DNA of 62,448 bases, the filler included. It is 4 parts of 4 records of this genome, joined end to end, with 100 filler letters (N's around TTAATTAATTAA, not from the genome) between each part and the next. Parts side by side here need not be neighbours in the genome. Positions count along the whole stretch, not along the records: positions 1 to 23,938 come from SRR22947725_2359; 3 more parts are not named here. The stretch is one strand, 5' to 3'. The notes below the pieces were generated by a model. It had not been told where the DNA came from and did not search any database. It saw nothing but the letters and a program-made list of their open reading frames with translations. Shown here piece by piece: positions 9,638 to 18,613 of the stretch. A program made the position numbers and the translations under genes. Numbering within the stretch: position 1 is the stretch's first letter; each line of letters starts with the position of its first letter.

Positions 9638-10879
9638 ATGAAACTGCAAGATCTTGAAGTGATCATCACCGCCCCGCCTGCACCCGGCTGGGGGGGGCGC
9701 TATTGGATCTTTGTCAAAGTCACCACGGACACTGGGGTGACCGGCATCGGGGAATGCTATGCCAGCAGCCTTGGGCCGTCCACAATGGTCCATGTGATCC
9801 ACGATGTTTTTGAACGGCATATGCAGGGGCAAAGCCCAGAAGATATTGAGCTGATGTTTCGCCGCGCCTATTCCAGCGGCTTTACCCAAAGACCTGATCT
9901 AACCGTGATGGGGGCATTTTCGGGACTGGAGATCGCCTGTTGGGATATTCTGGGCAAGGATCGCGACCGTCCGGTCTGGGCGCTTTTGGGCGGAAAAATG
10001 AATGAGCGCATTCGGGCCTATTCTTACCTATACCCACTCGAGCACCATGACGTGAATACATTTTGGGGCAATGCCGACCAAACGGCGGAGTCTGCAACTG
10101 CGGCCCTGGCCAAAGGGTACACGGCGGTGAAATTCGACCCCGCTGGCCCCTATACGTTGCGCGGCGGCCATATGCCGGCAATGTCTGACATCACCCAATC
10201 GATTGCCTTTTGCAGTGCCATTCGTGAAGCCGTGGGCGATAAGGCCGATTTATTGTTTGGCACCCACGGTCAGTTTTCAACCGCCGGGGCCATTCGGCTG
10301 GGCACTGCGCTGGAGCGGTTTTCACCGCTTTGGTTTGAAGAACCCATCCCACCCGATAATATTGCTGAAATGGCCAGGGTGGCCCGCGCTGTCACCACGC
10401 CAATCGCCACAGGGGAGCGCTTGACCACCAAGGCTGAATTTGCCGAAGTCTTGCGCCAAGGGGCCGCCACGATCTTGCAGCCCGCTTTGGGCCGGTCGGG
10501 CGGCATTTGGGAAACCAAGAAAATCGCCGCCATTGCGGAGGTCTATAATGCGCAAATGGCTCCGCATCTCTATGCTGGACCTGTGGAATGGGCTGCCAAT
10601 ATTCACCTCTCGGTATCGATCCCCAACACATTGATCGCCGAGACCATTGAAACCCCCTTCCATGCTGCTTTGATCAAAAACTCGATCCAGGTTGAAAATG
10701 GGTTCATCACAGCGCCCAGCGCCCCGGGTCTTGGCATTGAGTTTGACGAAGACCTCGCACGCGCCCATCCCTATGAAGATGACGGGCAGCACCTGCATTT
10801 GCAGATGCAAGAGGCACCATGTGATTACCAAAATGGCAATCTGTTCCTTGGAGGCGCGCCGCCAAAACCCCTAGATTAA
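9638..10879 (+). CDS. Mandelate racemase/muconate lactonizing enzyme family protein (enolase superfamily)
   Basis: TDTGVTGIGE, WDILGK, KFD, WFEEP, ATGE, PGLGIE motifs. Confidence 0.9.
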   Translation: MKLQDLEVIITAPPAPGWGGRYWIFVKVTTDTGVTGIGECYASSLGPSTMVHVIHDVFERHMQGQSPEDIELMFRRAYSSGFTQRPDLTVMGAFSGLEIACWDILGKDRDRPVWALLGGKMNERIRAYSYLYPLEHHDVNTFWGNADQTAESATAALAKGYTAVKFDPAGPYTLRGGHMPAMSDITQSIAFCSAIREAVGDKADLLFGTHGQFSTAGAIRLGTALERFSPLWFEEPIPPDNIAEMARVARAVTTPIATGERLTTKAEFAEVLRQGAATILQPALGRSGGIWETKKIAAIAEVYNAQMAPHLYAGPVEWAANIHLSVSIPNTLIAETIETPFHAALIKNSIQVENGFITAPSAPGLGIEFDEDLARAHPYEDDGQHLHLQMQEAPCDYQNGNLFLGGAPPKPLD

Positions 10880-10887
10880 AGCCTCTG

Positions 10888-10911
10888 GCCATGGGGCGCA
10901 GGCTCCATGGC
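10888..10911. terminator. GC-rich hairpin between convergent genes
   Basis: GCCATGGGGC-gcag-GCTCCATGGC, a 10-bp stem with one G-U pair. Confidence 0.5.
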
Positions 10912-10919
10912 TCAGCGCA

Positions 10920-13367
10920 TTAGCTGCGCATTTTCAAGCCTTCGGGGTCGTAAAGCGGTGCGGATTGGACCTCGGCGCTGTACATGTGACCTAAGATTTC
11001 CACCTCAAGCCTTTGTCCACCGGCGCTCAGCTGGGTGGGAACATAGCCCATGGCCATGGATCGGCCGACATGATGGGCATAGCCGCCGGACGAGATGTAG
11101 CCCACGGCCGCACCGTTATGCAGGATCGCCTCATCGTTGGACACGTCGATCCCCTCAACCTCAAGGGTCAGGGTCACCAACCGCTTGGCCGGCTGTCTCA
11201 CGGCTTGGGCAGCAGTTTTACCGACAAACTCTTTGTTCCAATTGATGAACCCATCAAGGCCAGCTTCGGCGGCGGTAAAATCGGGGCGGAAATCCAGGCC
11301 CCATGCGCCCCAGCCTTTCTCAAGGCGCATCGACATCAAAGCCCGCGCGCCATACCAGCGCAGGCCCTGATCTGCCCCCGCCAGCTCCACCGCTTCGGTC
11401 AAGCGGCGCAGATATTGCGGCTTGCAGTAAATTTCATAGCCCAATTCGCCCGAGAAACTGATCCGCGTCAGGATCACAGGGACGCCCGCCACATAGGTCA
11501 TTTTGGTGTCGCGAAAGGCAAAGCCCGCGGCGCTGACATCCTCGCGGGTCAGTTCGGCCAAGACCGCACGGGATTTTGGACCGCTGAGCGCCAGCCCGTG
11601 CCAATCCTCACTCACATTGCGATAGTGCACATCGGCCGGCAAATCGCGTTCGAACCAACGGCGATGGGCTTCTTGCATGGTGCCCGAGCCAAAGAGCATG
11701 AAATGTTCCGCCCCATAACAGGCCACGGTCAAATCGCCATAGAGCTTGCCCTTTTCCGTCAACATCGGAGTCAACGTCACGCGGCCCGGTTTTGGTATGA
11801 AACCGGCCAAGATCCGGTCAAGATAGGCACGGGCCCCCGGGCCCTTAAATTCATGTTTGGCGAAATTGGCCACTTCAATCACGCCAACATCTGCGCGCAC
11901 CGAGGCCACCTCACGCGCCACATAGTCATGGCTGCGGTTGCGTTCAAAACTGGGCGCCTCATGGGCGTCGTCGGGCCCGTTGGCAAACCAAAGCGCATGT
12001 TCCAAACCAAAACTTTGATCCATGCGCGCGCCCTTGGCCACCAGATGATCGTAAATCGCGGTGGTTTTCTGCAACCGCCCCTTCGGCAGCGTTTCATTGG
12101 GGAAGGTCATTACGAACCGGCGTTCATAGTTTTCAGTCGATTTCACCGTGCCCCAATCCGGCGTCGCCCAATCGCCGAAGCGCGCCACATCCATGGCCCA
12201 GACATCAATGGAAGGCTCCCCATCAATCATCCATTCCGCCATGGTCAGCCCAACGCCGCCACCTTGGCAAAAGCCCGCCATAACCCCGACCGCGCACCAA
12301 TAGTTCGTCATCCCAGGCACGGGGCCAATCATTGGATTTCCGTCCGGGCCAAAGGTGAAGGGGCCGTTGATCGCTTGCCGAATGCCCACCTCTCCCAGAA
12401 CAGGAATACGCTCAAAGGCAAACTCCAAACGATCGGCGATTTGCTCCAAATTTGGCTGCAACAACTCATGGCCAAAGTCCCACGGAGTGCCGCCGACTTT
12501 CCAAGGGGTTCCGCGCTGCTCATAGGTGCCTAAAAGCAGCCCGTCGCGCTCCTGGCGAAAATAGATATTGGCCTCATAATCAATTCCGCAGGGCAGACGG
12601 TTTGGCGCATCGGCAATGGCTTGGATCTTTTCCGTCAGCAGATAGTGATGCTCCATCGGCTGCACCGGAATGTTAAGCCCCTGCATATGTCCCACTTCAC
12701 GCGCCCAAAGCCCGCCGCAATTGACGATATGCTCGGCGTTGATGGTCCCGCGCGGCGTGTGCACGTCCCAGCTGCCATCCGCCCGCTGGATGGTTTTTGT
12801 CGCTGGCGTATGGGTGAAATATTGTGCCCCATGCACCTTGGCCGCTTTGGCAAAGGCATAGGTCGCCCCAGAGGGGTCCAAATCTCCATCTTGATCATCC
12901 CACAGCGCGGCAATGTAATGTTTGGGATCAATCAACGGATGGCGATCGGCCACTTCCTGGGGGCTGATGAACTCTTGACTAAGGCCCATGTAGCGCGCCT
13001 TGGACCGCTCGCGTTTGAGATAATCATACCAGGTTTTATTCGAGGCCAGATAAAATCCGCCGGTCATATGCAGCCCGACCGAATGGCCCGAAAGCTCTTC
13101 AATCTCTTTATATAGGTCAATGGTATAGCCTTGCAGGCGGCTGATGTTCGGATCGCTTGAAATCGTGTGAATTTGCCCAGCCGCGTGCCAACTTGATCCC
13201 GAGGTCAGCTCGTCGCGCTCCAGCAAGACCGCATCTTTCCAGCCAAATTTCGCCAGGTGGAACAAGATCGAACAGCCCACGACCCCGCCGCCGATAATCA
13301 CAACTTTCGCATGGCTCGGTAGGGCCTTAGCTCCACCTCCGTTTTCCGATTTTTGAATCTCTGGCAT
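10920..13367 (-). CDS. FAD-dependent oxidoreductase with GcvT domain (dimethylglycine/sarcosine dehydrogenase family)
   Basis: GGGVVG, LTSGSSWHAAG (covalent-FAD His), PDGNP, RISFSGELGYE, C-terminal aminomethyltransferase domain; 815 aa. Confidence 0.92.
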   Translation of the reverse strand: MPEIQKSENGGGAKALPSHAKVVIIGGGVVGCSILFHLAKFGWKDAVLLERDELTSGSSWHAAGQIHTISSDPNISRLQGYTIDLYKEIEELSGHSVGLHMTGGFYLASNKTWYDYLKRERSKARYMGLSQEFISPQEVADRHPLIDPKHYIAALWDDQDGDLDPSGATYAFAKAAKVHGAQYFTHTPATKTIQRADGSWDVHTPRGTINAEHIVNCGGLWAREVGHMQGLNIPVQPMEHHYLLTEKIQAIADAPNRLPCGIDYEANIYFRQERDGLLLGTYEQRGTPWKVGGTPWDFGHELLQPNLEQIADRLEFAFERIPVLGEVGIRQAINGPFTFGPDGNPMIGPVPGMTNYWCAVGVMAGFCQGGGVGLTMAEWMIDGEPSIDVWAMDVARFGDWATPDWGTVKSTENYERRFVMTFPNETLPKGRLQKTTAIYDHLVAKGARMDQSFGLEHALWFANGPDDAHEAPSFERNRSHDYVAREVASVRADVGVIEVANFAKHEFKGPGARAYLDRILAGFIPKPGRVTLTPMLTEKGKLYGDLTVACYGAEHFMLFGSGTMQEAHRRWFERDLPADVHYRNVSEDWHGLALSGPKSRAVLAELTREDVSAAGFAFRDTKMTYVAGVPVILTRISFSGELGYEIYCKPQYLRRLTEAVELAGADQGLRWYGARALMSMRLEKGWGAWGLDFRPDFTAAEAGLDGFINWNKEFVGKTAAQAVRQPAKRLVTLTLEVEGIDVSNDEAILHNGAAVGYISSGGYAHHVGRSMAMGYVPTQLSAGGQRLEVEILGHMYSAEVQSAPLYDPEGLKMRS

Positions 13368-13421
13368 ATCAGTCTACCCGTCTTTTAAGTTATATTGTCC
13401 AAGCCTAGCATGGCCATTCTC

Positions 13422-14954
13422 TCAATACCAAGCGTCCGGAATTTCCGATTTTCTGCGGTCCACATAGGCTTGCAATTCTTCCTTCACACCTGCGTTGATC
13501 GGCGGAGGTTCATAGGCACGCAACAGGCTTGTCCAGCGCTCATAGGCCCGCTGCCGCATGTCTTTCGCCCCGCCTTCCTCCCAGCTTTCGACATTTTCGC
13601 TGTCACTCAACGCGGGCTCATAGAAGGCGGTTTGGTAATTGCGCATCGTATGGGCTGAGCCTAAGAAATGCCCGGCCGGTTCAACCTCACCATAGGCATC
13701 ACGCGCCAGCGCCTCAGGGCTGCTGTCAAGCCCCGCGCCCAGTTTCTGATAGCCCCCCAAACGGTCCGCATCCATCACCAGTTTTTCAAATCCAGTGCAG
13801 AGCCCACCTTCCATCCAACCGGCCGCATGAAGAACAAAATTTGCCCCAGCCAGCATAGTCGAATGCATGGAATCGGCACTTTCATAGGCCGCCTGCGCAT
13901 CTTCAATTTTGCTTGCGGTCAGCGATCCACCACAGCGCAGCGGCAGGCCCGCAGCCCGCGCCATTTGACCAATGGCATAGTTCGACAAGATGGGTTCCGG
14001 CATGCCAAAGGTTGGTGCGCCAGATTTCAGGCTCATGGAGCTCAGAAAATTGCCCAAGACAAACGGCGCGCCAGGGCGGATCAATTGCGAAAAGGCGCAG
14101 CACATCAGCGCCTCGGCCATGGCTTGCGTGACCGAAGCCGCTGTGCTGACCGGTCCCATAGCCCCCGATAAGATAAAGGGCACCACCACGATCCCCTGCC
14201 CACGGCTGCAATAGGTCTCAATCGCTTGGGTGACCACCTTGTCGACCAAAAGCGGTGAATTTGTGTTCACATTGCCCATGATCACACACTGTTGATCCAT
14301 CACCTCCCGACCAAAAACAATCTCAGCCATGTCAACGCTGTCCTGCGCCCGGCTTTGTTCAGTGATAGCGCCCAGATGCGGCTTGTCCGAACAGGTCATA
14401 TGCAGATAGAGCATATCCAAATGACGCTTGCTCACCGGCACATCGCAGGGTTCACAAATAACCAAGCCGCCGTGATGTAAATTGGGGTGCATATAGGTCA
14501 GCTTGATCAATTTCTCGAGGCTGTCGAGATCCCCATAGCGTCGGCCCTGTTGCAAATCGCGCACGAATGGCGCGCCATAGATCGGTGCAAAGACTTGATT
14601 TTGCCCGCCCATGACCACATCACGGCTTCTGTTGCGGGCAATCTGGGTGAATTCCCGCGGCGCGGTCTTGCACAAAGCGCGAACCTGCGCGGCCTCCATG
14701 CGCACCCGGTCGCCGTCAATCCGCGCGCCGGCCTTGCGCCAAACCTCAAGCGCCTTGGGATCATCGCGAAACGCAATGCCAATGTCTTGCATCAACCAAT
14801 CAACCTGAGCCTCAAGCTGCGCCATAGTGGCGTCATCTAAAGGGTCGAAAAACGCCAAGCGCCTTTGCAAATAGGGGCTGGGCGGCGCGGTGCCAATCCC
14901 GTCCTCACCCGCTTGCCGAGCCCGAGCCCCGATCGTTGATTTTCGTCGCGCCAT
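13422..14954 (-). CDS. Non-pyrrolysine trimethylamine methyltransferase (MttB/MtgB) family protein
   Basis: YGAPFVRD, CEPCDVP..KRHLD, NTNSPL, LSGAMGPVS, SGAPTFG.PE, HAAGWMEGGL; no in-frame TAG; ATG 14954 follows GGAG. Confidence 0.92.
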   Translation of the reverse strand: MARRKSTIGARARQAGEDGIGTAPPSPYLQRRLAFFDPLDDATMAQLEAQVDWLMQDIGIAFRDDPKALEVWRKAGARIDGDRVRMEAAQVRALCKTAPREFTQIARNRSRDVVMGGQNQVFAPIYGAPFVRDLQQGRRYGDLDSLEKLIKLTYMHPNLHHGGLVICEPCDVPVSKRHLDMLYLHMTCSDKPHLGAITEQSRAQDSVDMAEIVFGREVMDQQCVIMGNVNTNSPLLVDKVVTQAIETYCSRGQGIVVVPFILSGAMGPVSTAASVTQAMAEALMCCAFSQLIRPGAPFVLGNFLSSMSLKSGAPTFGMPEPILSNYAIGQMARAAGLPLRCGGSLTASKIEDAQAAYESADSMHSTMLAGANFVLHAAGWMEGGLCTGFEKLVMDADRLGGYQKLGAGLDSSPEALARDAYGEVEPAGHFLGSAHTMRNYQTAFYEPALSDSENVESWEEGGAKDMRQRAYERWTSLLRAYEPPPINAGVKEELQAYVDRRKSEIPDAWY

Positions 14955-15127
14955 ATCTACTCCGGTTTGGTCGTCCACCCTATTCTAGGCAAATCCGCCC
15001 CATCACCGAAACGCCATTAACGACGAAACCATGTCAAAATCCCGATGTTTTGCGCAGATATCAGCGCTGCGAGCAGGTCATTGCAATCTGCGCCCTATAG
15101 GCTACCAATATCCTAAGGAGGCAAACT

Positions 15128-15532
15128 ATGACCCAGGTGATTACAACATCCGTCAAAGACTTGGTCGCGGCCGCCAATGCGGAGGTGACCACCCTCACTG
15201 TCGAACAGGCCCGCACGCTCATTGACAGCCCCGATCACGTCCTTGTGGATCTGCGCGACATCCGCGAGCTGCAACGCACGGGTAAGATCCCCGGCGCTTT
15301 TTCCTGCCCGCGCGGGATGCTGGAGTTTTGGATTGATCCGGCCAGCCCCTATCACAAAGAGATTTTCAACCAAGATAAGACCTATGTGTTCTATTGCGCC
15401 AGCGCTTGGCGTTCGGCCTTAAGTGCGAAAGTGGCGCAAGATATGGGCCTGGCGCCCGTGGCCCATATCGCCGGCGGCTTTACGGCGTGGGTCAAAGCCG
15501 ACGGCCCCGTTGAGGCTTTGCCCCAAAAATAG
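15128..15532 (+). CDS. Single-domain rhodanese-like sulfurtransferase
   Basis: [22 protein letters not shown] active loop, GGFTAW. Confidence 0.9.
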   Translation: MTQVITTSVKDLVAAANAEVTTLTVEQARTLIDSPDHVLVDLRDIRELQRTGKIPGAFSCPRGMLEFWIDPASPYHKEIFNQDKTYVFYCASAWRSALSAKVAQDMGLAPVAHIAGGFTAWVKADGPVEALPQK

Positions 15533-15563
15533 AGCCCGCGCAGCTGGAATAAAAAGAGGTTTC

Positions 15564-16934
15564 ATGCAAAATTCACCATCGCCAGAAGAGTTACACGCCT
15601 TTGATCGGGAGCATTTCTTGCACCCTTGGCACGATATGAATGCTTGGCGTGGCTATGATAATATGTTGGTGGAGGCCGCGCAGGGCATCTACCTTTATGA
15701 CGAAACTGGCAGAAAATTTATAGACGGTCCTGGCGGCATGTGGTGCGTGCAAATCGGTTATGGTCAGGCAGAGATGGCAGAGGCAATCGCGGCCCAAGTC
15801 CTGAAAATGCCCTATGCCTCGCCCTTTACCAATGTCACCCAACCTGGCGCGATACTGGCCAAGAAATTGGCCGATTTCGCACCGGGGGATTTGAACAATG
15901 TCTTCTTCACCACAGGCGGCTCGACAGCGGTCGACACCGCTTTGCGGGCCATGCAGTTTATGAACAACAGCCTTGGGCGGCCCAAAAAGAAGATGATCCT
16001 AGCGCGGGAGAAAGGCTATCACGGCTCGACCTATCTGGCAGCATCCGTGAGCGGCAAAGAGCGCGATGTGACCAAATTCGATATGGAAAGCCGCTTGGTG
16101 CATTTTCTACCCAATGTGAATCCCTATCTGCGCCCCGATGAAATGAGTGTCGCGCAATGGTGCGATGCCAAAGTGCAGGATCTTGAGGAGGCCATTGCGC
16201 AGCTTGGGGCCGAAAATATCGGCGCTTTCATTGCCGAACCCATTTTGAGCTCAGGCGGCGTGATTGTGCCGCCAGAGGGCTATCACAAACGCACCTTCGA
16301 TATCTGCCGCGCCCATGATATTCTGTATATCTCTGACGAGGTGGTCACGGGCTTTGGACGGCTGGGCCATTGGTTTTCCTCGCAAGCCGTATTCGACATC
16401 GAACCCGACATCATAACCTGCGCCAAAGGCTTGACCTCTGGCTACCTACCCTTGGGGGCCTGTATCATTTCGGATCGCATGATGGAGCGCATGACCCATC
16501 GCGGTGAAGTCTTGTTTTCCAACGGCTATACCTATTCGGGTCACCCGGTGAGCTGCGCGGCCGCGCTAAAGAATATAGAAATTTTAGAACGCGATAATGT
16601 TTTGTCGCATGTGCGCGACATCGCCCCCTATTTCCAAGAGCGACTCGCGCGCTTGACGCGCTACCCCATTATTGGCGACGCGCGCGGCGCTGGGTTGATC
16701 GGTTGCATTGAAGCGCGGTTGAGCAAAGATGGCTCGCGGCTTGAGGATGAACGCAAGATCGGCGCGATGATTGACCAGGCCTGCCATGACCGCGGGCTGA
16801 TCGTTCGGCCATTGATCAACATGTGCGTGTTTTCGCCGCCACTGGTCATCAACAGAACTCAGGTGAATGATTTATTTGACATTCTTGAGCAGGCCATTGA
16901 AACTGTGTGTGAAAAATTTGATCTGACACCGTGA
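15564..16934 (+). CDS. Class III (omega-amine) aminotransferase
   Basis: [38 protein letters not shown] lysine, [11 protein letters not shown] 15564. Confidence 0.92.
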   Translation: MQNSPSPEELHAFDREHFLHPWHDMNAWRGYDNMLVEAAQGIYLYDETGRKFIDGPGGMWCVQIGYGQAEMAEAIAAQVLKMPYASPFTNVTQPGAILAKKLADFAPGDLNNVFFTTGGSTAVDTALRAMQFMNNSLGRPKKKMILAREKGYHGSTYLAASVSGKERDVTKFDMESRLVHFLPNVNPYLRPDEMSVAQWCDAKVQDLEEAIAQLGAENIGAFIAEPILSSGGVIVPPEGYHKRTFDICRAHDILYISDEVVTGFGRLGHWFSSQAVFDIEPDIITCAKGLTSGYLPLGACIISDRMMERMTHRGEVLFSNGYTYSGHPVSCAAALKNIEILERDNVLSHVRDIAPYFQERLARLTRYPIIGDARGAGLIGCIEARLSKDGSRLEDERKIGAMIDQACHDRGLIVRPLINMCVFSPPLVINRTQVNDLFDILEQAIETVCEKFDLTP

Positions 16935-17088
16935 TTGTGATCTGTTCACGGGACCCATGGGCGGGTCGTTTTGTGATCTTAACCCCATAAAAATCGATGT
17001 CATTATATGTCTTGAAATGCGTTAAAAAAATCGTATAAACGAAAAAAGTTTCCGATAGTGGAAAAATGTTCAAAAACGGGAAAATATC

Positions 17089-18186
17089 ATGAGCGATACA
17101 CCCAAACGCACCGCGTTATATGATCTTCACTGCGCCTTGGGCGGCAAAATGGTTGATTTCGCAGGGTGGGAAATGCCCGTGCAATATCCCATGGGAATCA
17201 TGGGCGAGCACCAACACTGTCGCAGCAAAGCCGCCCTATTTGATGTGAGCCACATGGGGCAAGTGCTGCTGCATGGTGCCAATGCCGCCGAAAAATTGGA
17301 AGCCTTAGTGCCAGCCGCTTTGAGCAAATTGCCCGAAGGCAAAGCGCGCTACACATTCTTTACCAATGACTCTGGCGGCATTATGGACGATTTGATCGTC
17401 GCCAATACGGGCGATCATTTGTTCTTGGTGGTCAATGCTTCTATGCGTGCCCAAGACATACCGCATATGAAAGCGCATCTTAAGGACGTTGAGGTCACAG
17501 AAATTTTCGACCGTGCCCTTATTGCCGTGCAAGGCCCCTCGGCGCAGGACGTGGTGGCCAGCCATTATCCGCAGGCAGCACAATTGAGCTTTATGCAGAC
17601 CTGTGAGGCATTGATCGATGGCACGCTTTGCCGGATTTCGCGCTTGGGCTACACCGGCGAAGATGGCTATGAAATATCGATCCCTCAGGCTGAGGCAGAA
17701 CGGATTACTCGGTTGATGCTGGATCATCCAGACTGCGCCCCAGCCGGGCTTGGGGCCCGCGACAGTCTGCGTCTCGAAGCGGGATTGTGCCTTTACGGCA
17801 ATGACATAACCCCTGACACATCGCCCATTGAAGCCGGTCTGAGCTGGGCCATTCAAAAACGCCGCCGCGAAGAAGGCGGCTTTCCAGGTGCGGCACGCAT
17901 CATGGCAGAGCTGGAACATGGCACGGCGCGCAAATTGGTCGGCATCCTGCCGCAGGGCCGCGCCCCAGCCCGTGCGGGGGTCGAGATTCACGACCAAGAC
18001 GGCAATGCTATTGGCCAAATCACTTCGGGCGGTTTCGGCCCAACCGTCCAAGCTCCGGTTGCGATGGGCTACGTTCACGCCGATCACAGCGCACCGGGCC
18101 AAGAGCTGCACCTGATCATTCGCGGCAAACCGCAGCCCGCCACGGTCTGCGCCCTGCCCTTCGTTTCACAAAACTACAAACGCTAA
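17089..18186 (+). CDS. gcvT: Glycine cleavage system T protein
   Basis: FAGWEMPVQY, LFDVSHMG, RLGYTGEDGYE, GLGARDSLRLEAG. Confidence 0.97.
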   Translation: MSDTPKRTALYDLHCALGGKMVDFAGWEMPVQYPMGIMGEHQHCRSKAALFDVSHMGQVLLHGANAAEKLEALVPAALSKLPEGKARYTFFTNDSGGIMDDLIVANTGDHLFLVVNASMRAQDIPHMKAHLKDVEVTEIFDRALIAVQGPSAQDVVASHYPQAAQLSFMQTCEALIDGTLCRISRLGYTGEDGYEISIPQAEAERITRLMLDHPDCAPAGLGARDSLRLEAGLCLYGNDITPDTSPIEAGLSWAIQKRRREEGGFPGAARIMAELEHGTARKLVGILPQGRAPARAGVEIHDQDGNAIGQITSGGFGPTVQAPVAMGYVHADHSAPGQELHLIIRGKPQPATVCALPFVSQNYKR

Positions 18187-18199
18187 ACGGGAGATCCCA

Positions 18200-18565
18200 A
18201 TGACCACTTATTATTCCGAAGAACACGAATGGATCACAGTTGAGGGCGACATCGCCACCATCGGCATCACGGCCCATGCCGCTGAGCAATTGGGCGATAT
18301 CGTCTTTGTAGATCAAAAAGAGGAAGGCGATGAATTTGAAAGCGGCGATGAAATCGGTGTGATTGAATCGGTGAAAGCTGCCTCCGAAATTTTCGCCCCT
18401 GTAGATGGGGAAATCATTGAGGCCAACGAGCTTTTGCAAAGCAACCCAGCCGCCTTGAACGAAAACCCTGAAGCTGATGCTTGGATTTACAAAGTAAAAC
18501 TCTCCGATCCGTCCCAGCTCGAAGGGCTAATGGATTTGGCCGGTTACAAGACCTTCATCTCCTAA
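18200..18565 (+). CDS. gcvH: Glycine cleavage system H protein
   Basis: HEWI, LGDIVFV, IESVKAASE lipoyl-lysine motif. Confidence 0.97.
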   Translation: MTTYYSEEHEWITVEGDIATIGITAHAAEQLGDIVFVDQKEEGDEFESGDEIGVIESVKAASEIFAPVDGEIIEANELLQSNPAALNENPEADAWIYKVKLSDPSQLEGLMDLAGYKTFIS

Positions 18566-18597
18566 CCACAGACTTAATCGCTGACCCACAGACTTAA
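18566..18597 (+). repeat. 12-bp direct repeat, two copies, in the gcvH-gcvP spacer
   Basis: CCACAGACTTAA at 18566-18577 and 18586-18597. Confidence 0.85.
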
Positions 18598-18613
18598 AAG
18601 CGGAGCTACGCGC

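Noticed and set aside
11013..12533. 506-aa plus-strand ORF and many other overlapping ORFs in the higher-GC contigs
   Set aside because: Antisense or alternate-frame shadows of well-supported genes, with no motifs of their own.
13422..14954. Pyrrolysine recoding in the MttB homologue
   Set aside because: The ORF is uninterrupted, with no in-frame TAG and no pyl genes.
14979..15127. Possible GlxA/GbdR-type operator upstream of the MttB gene
   Set aside because: Only scattered GTCG/TGTC words; no repeat or spacing I can defend.
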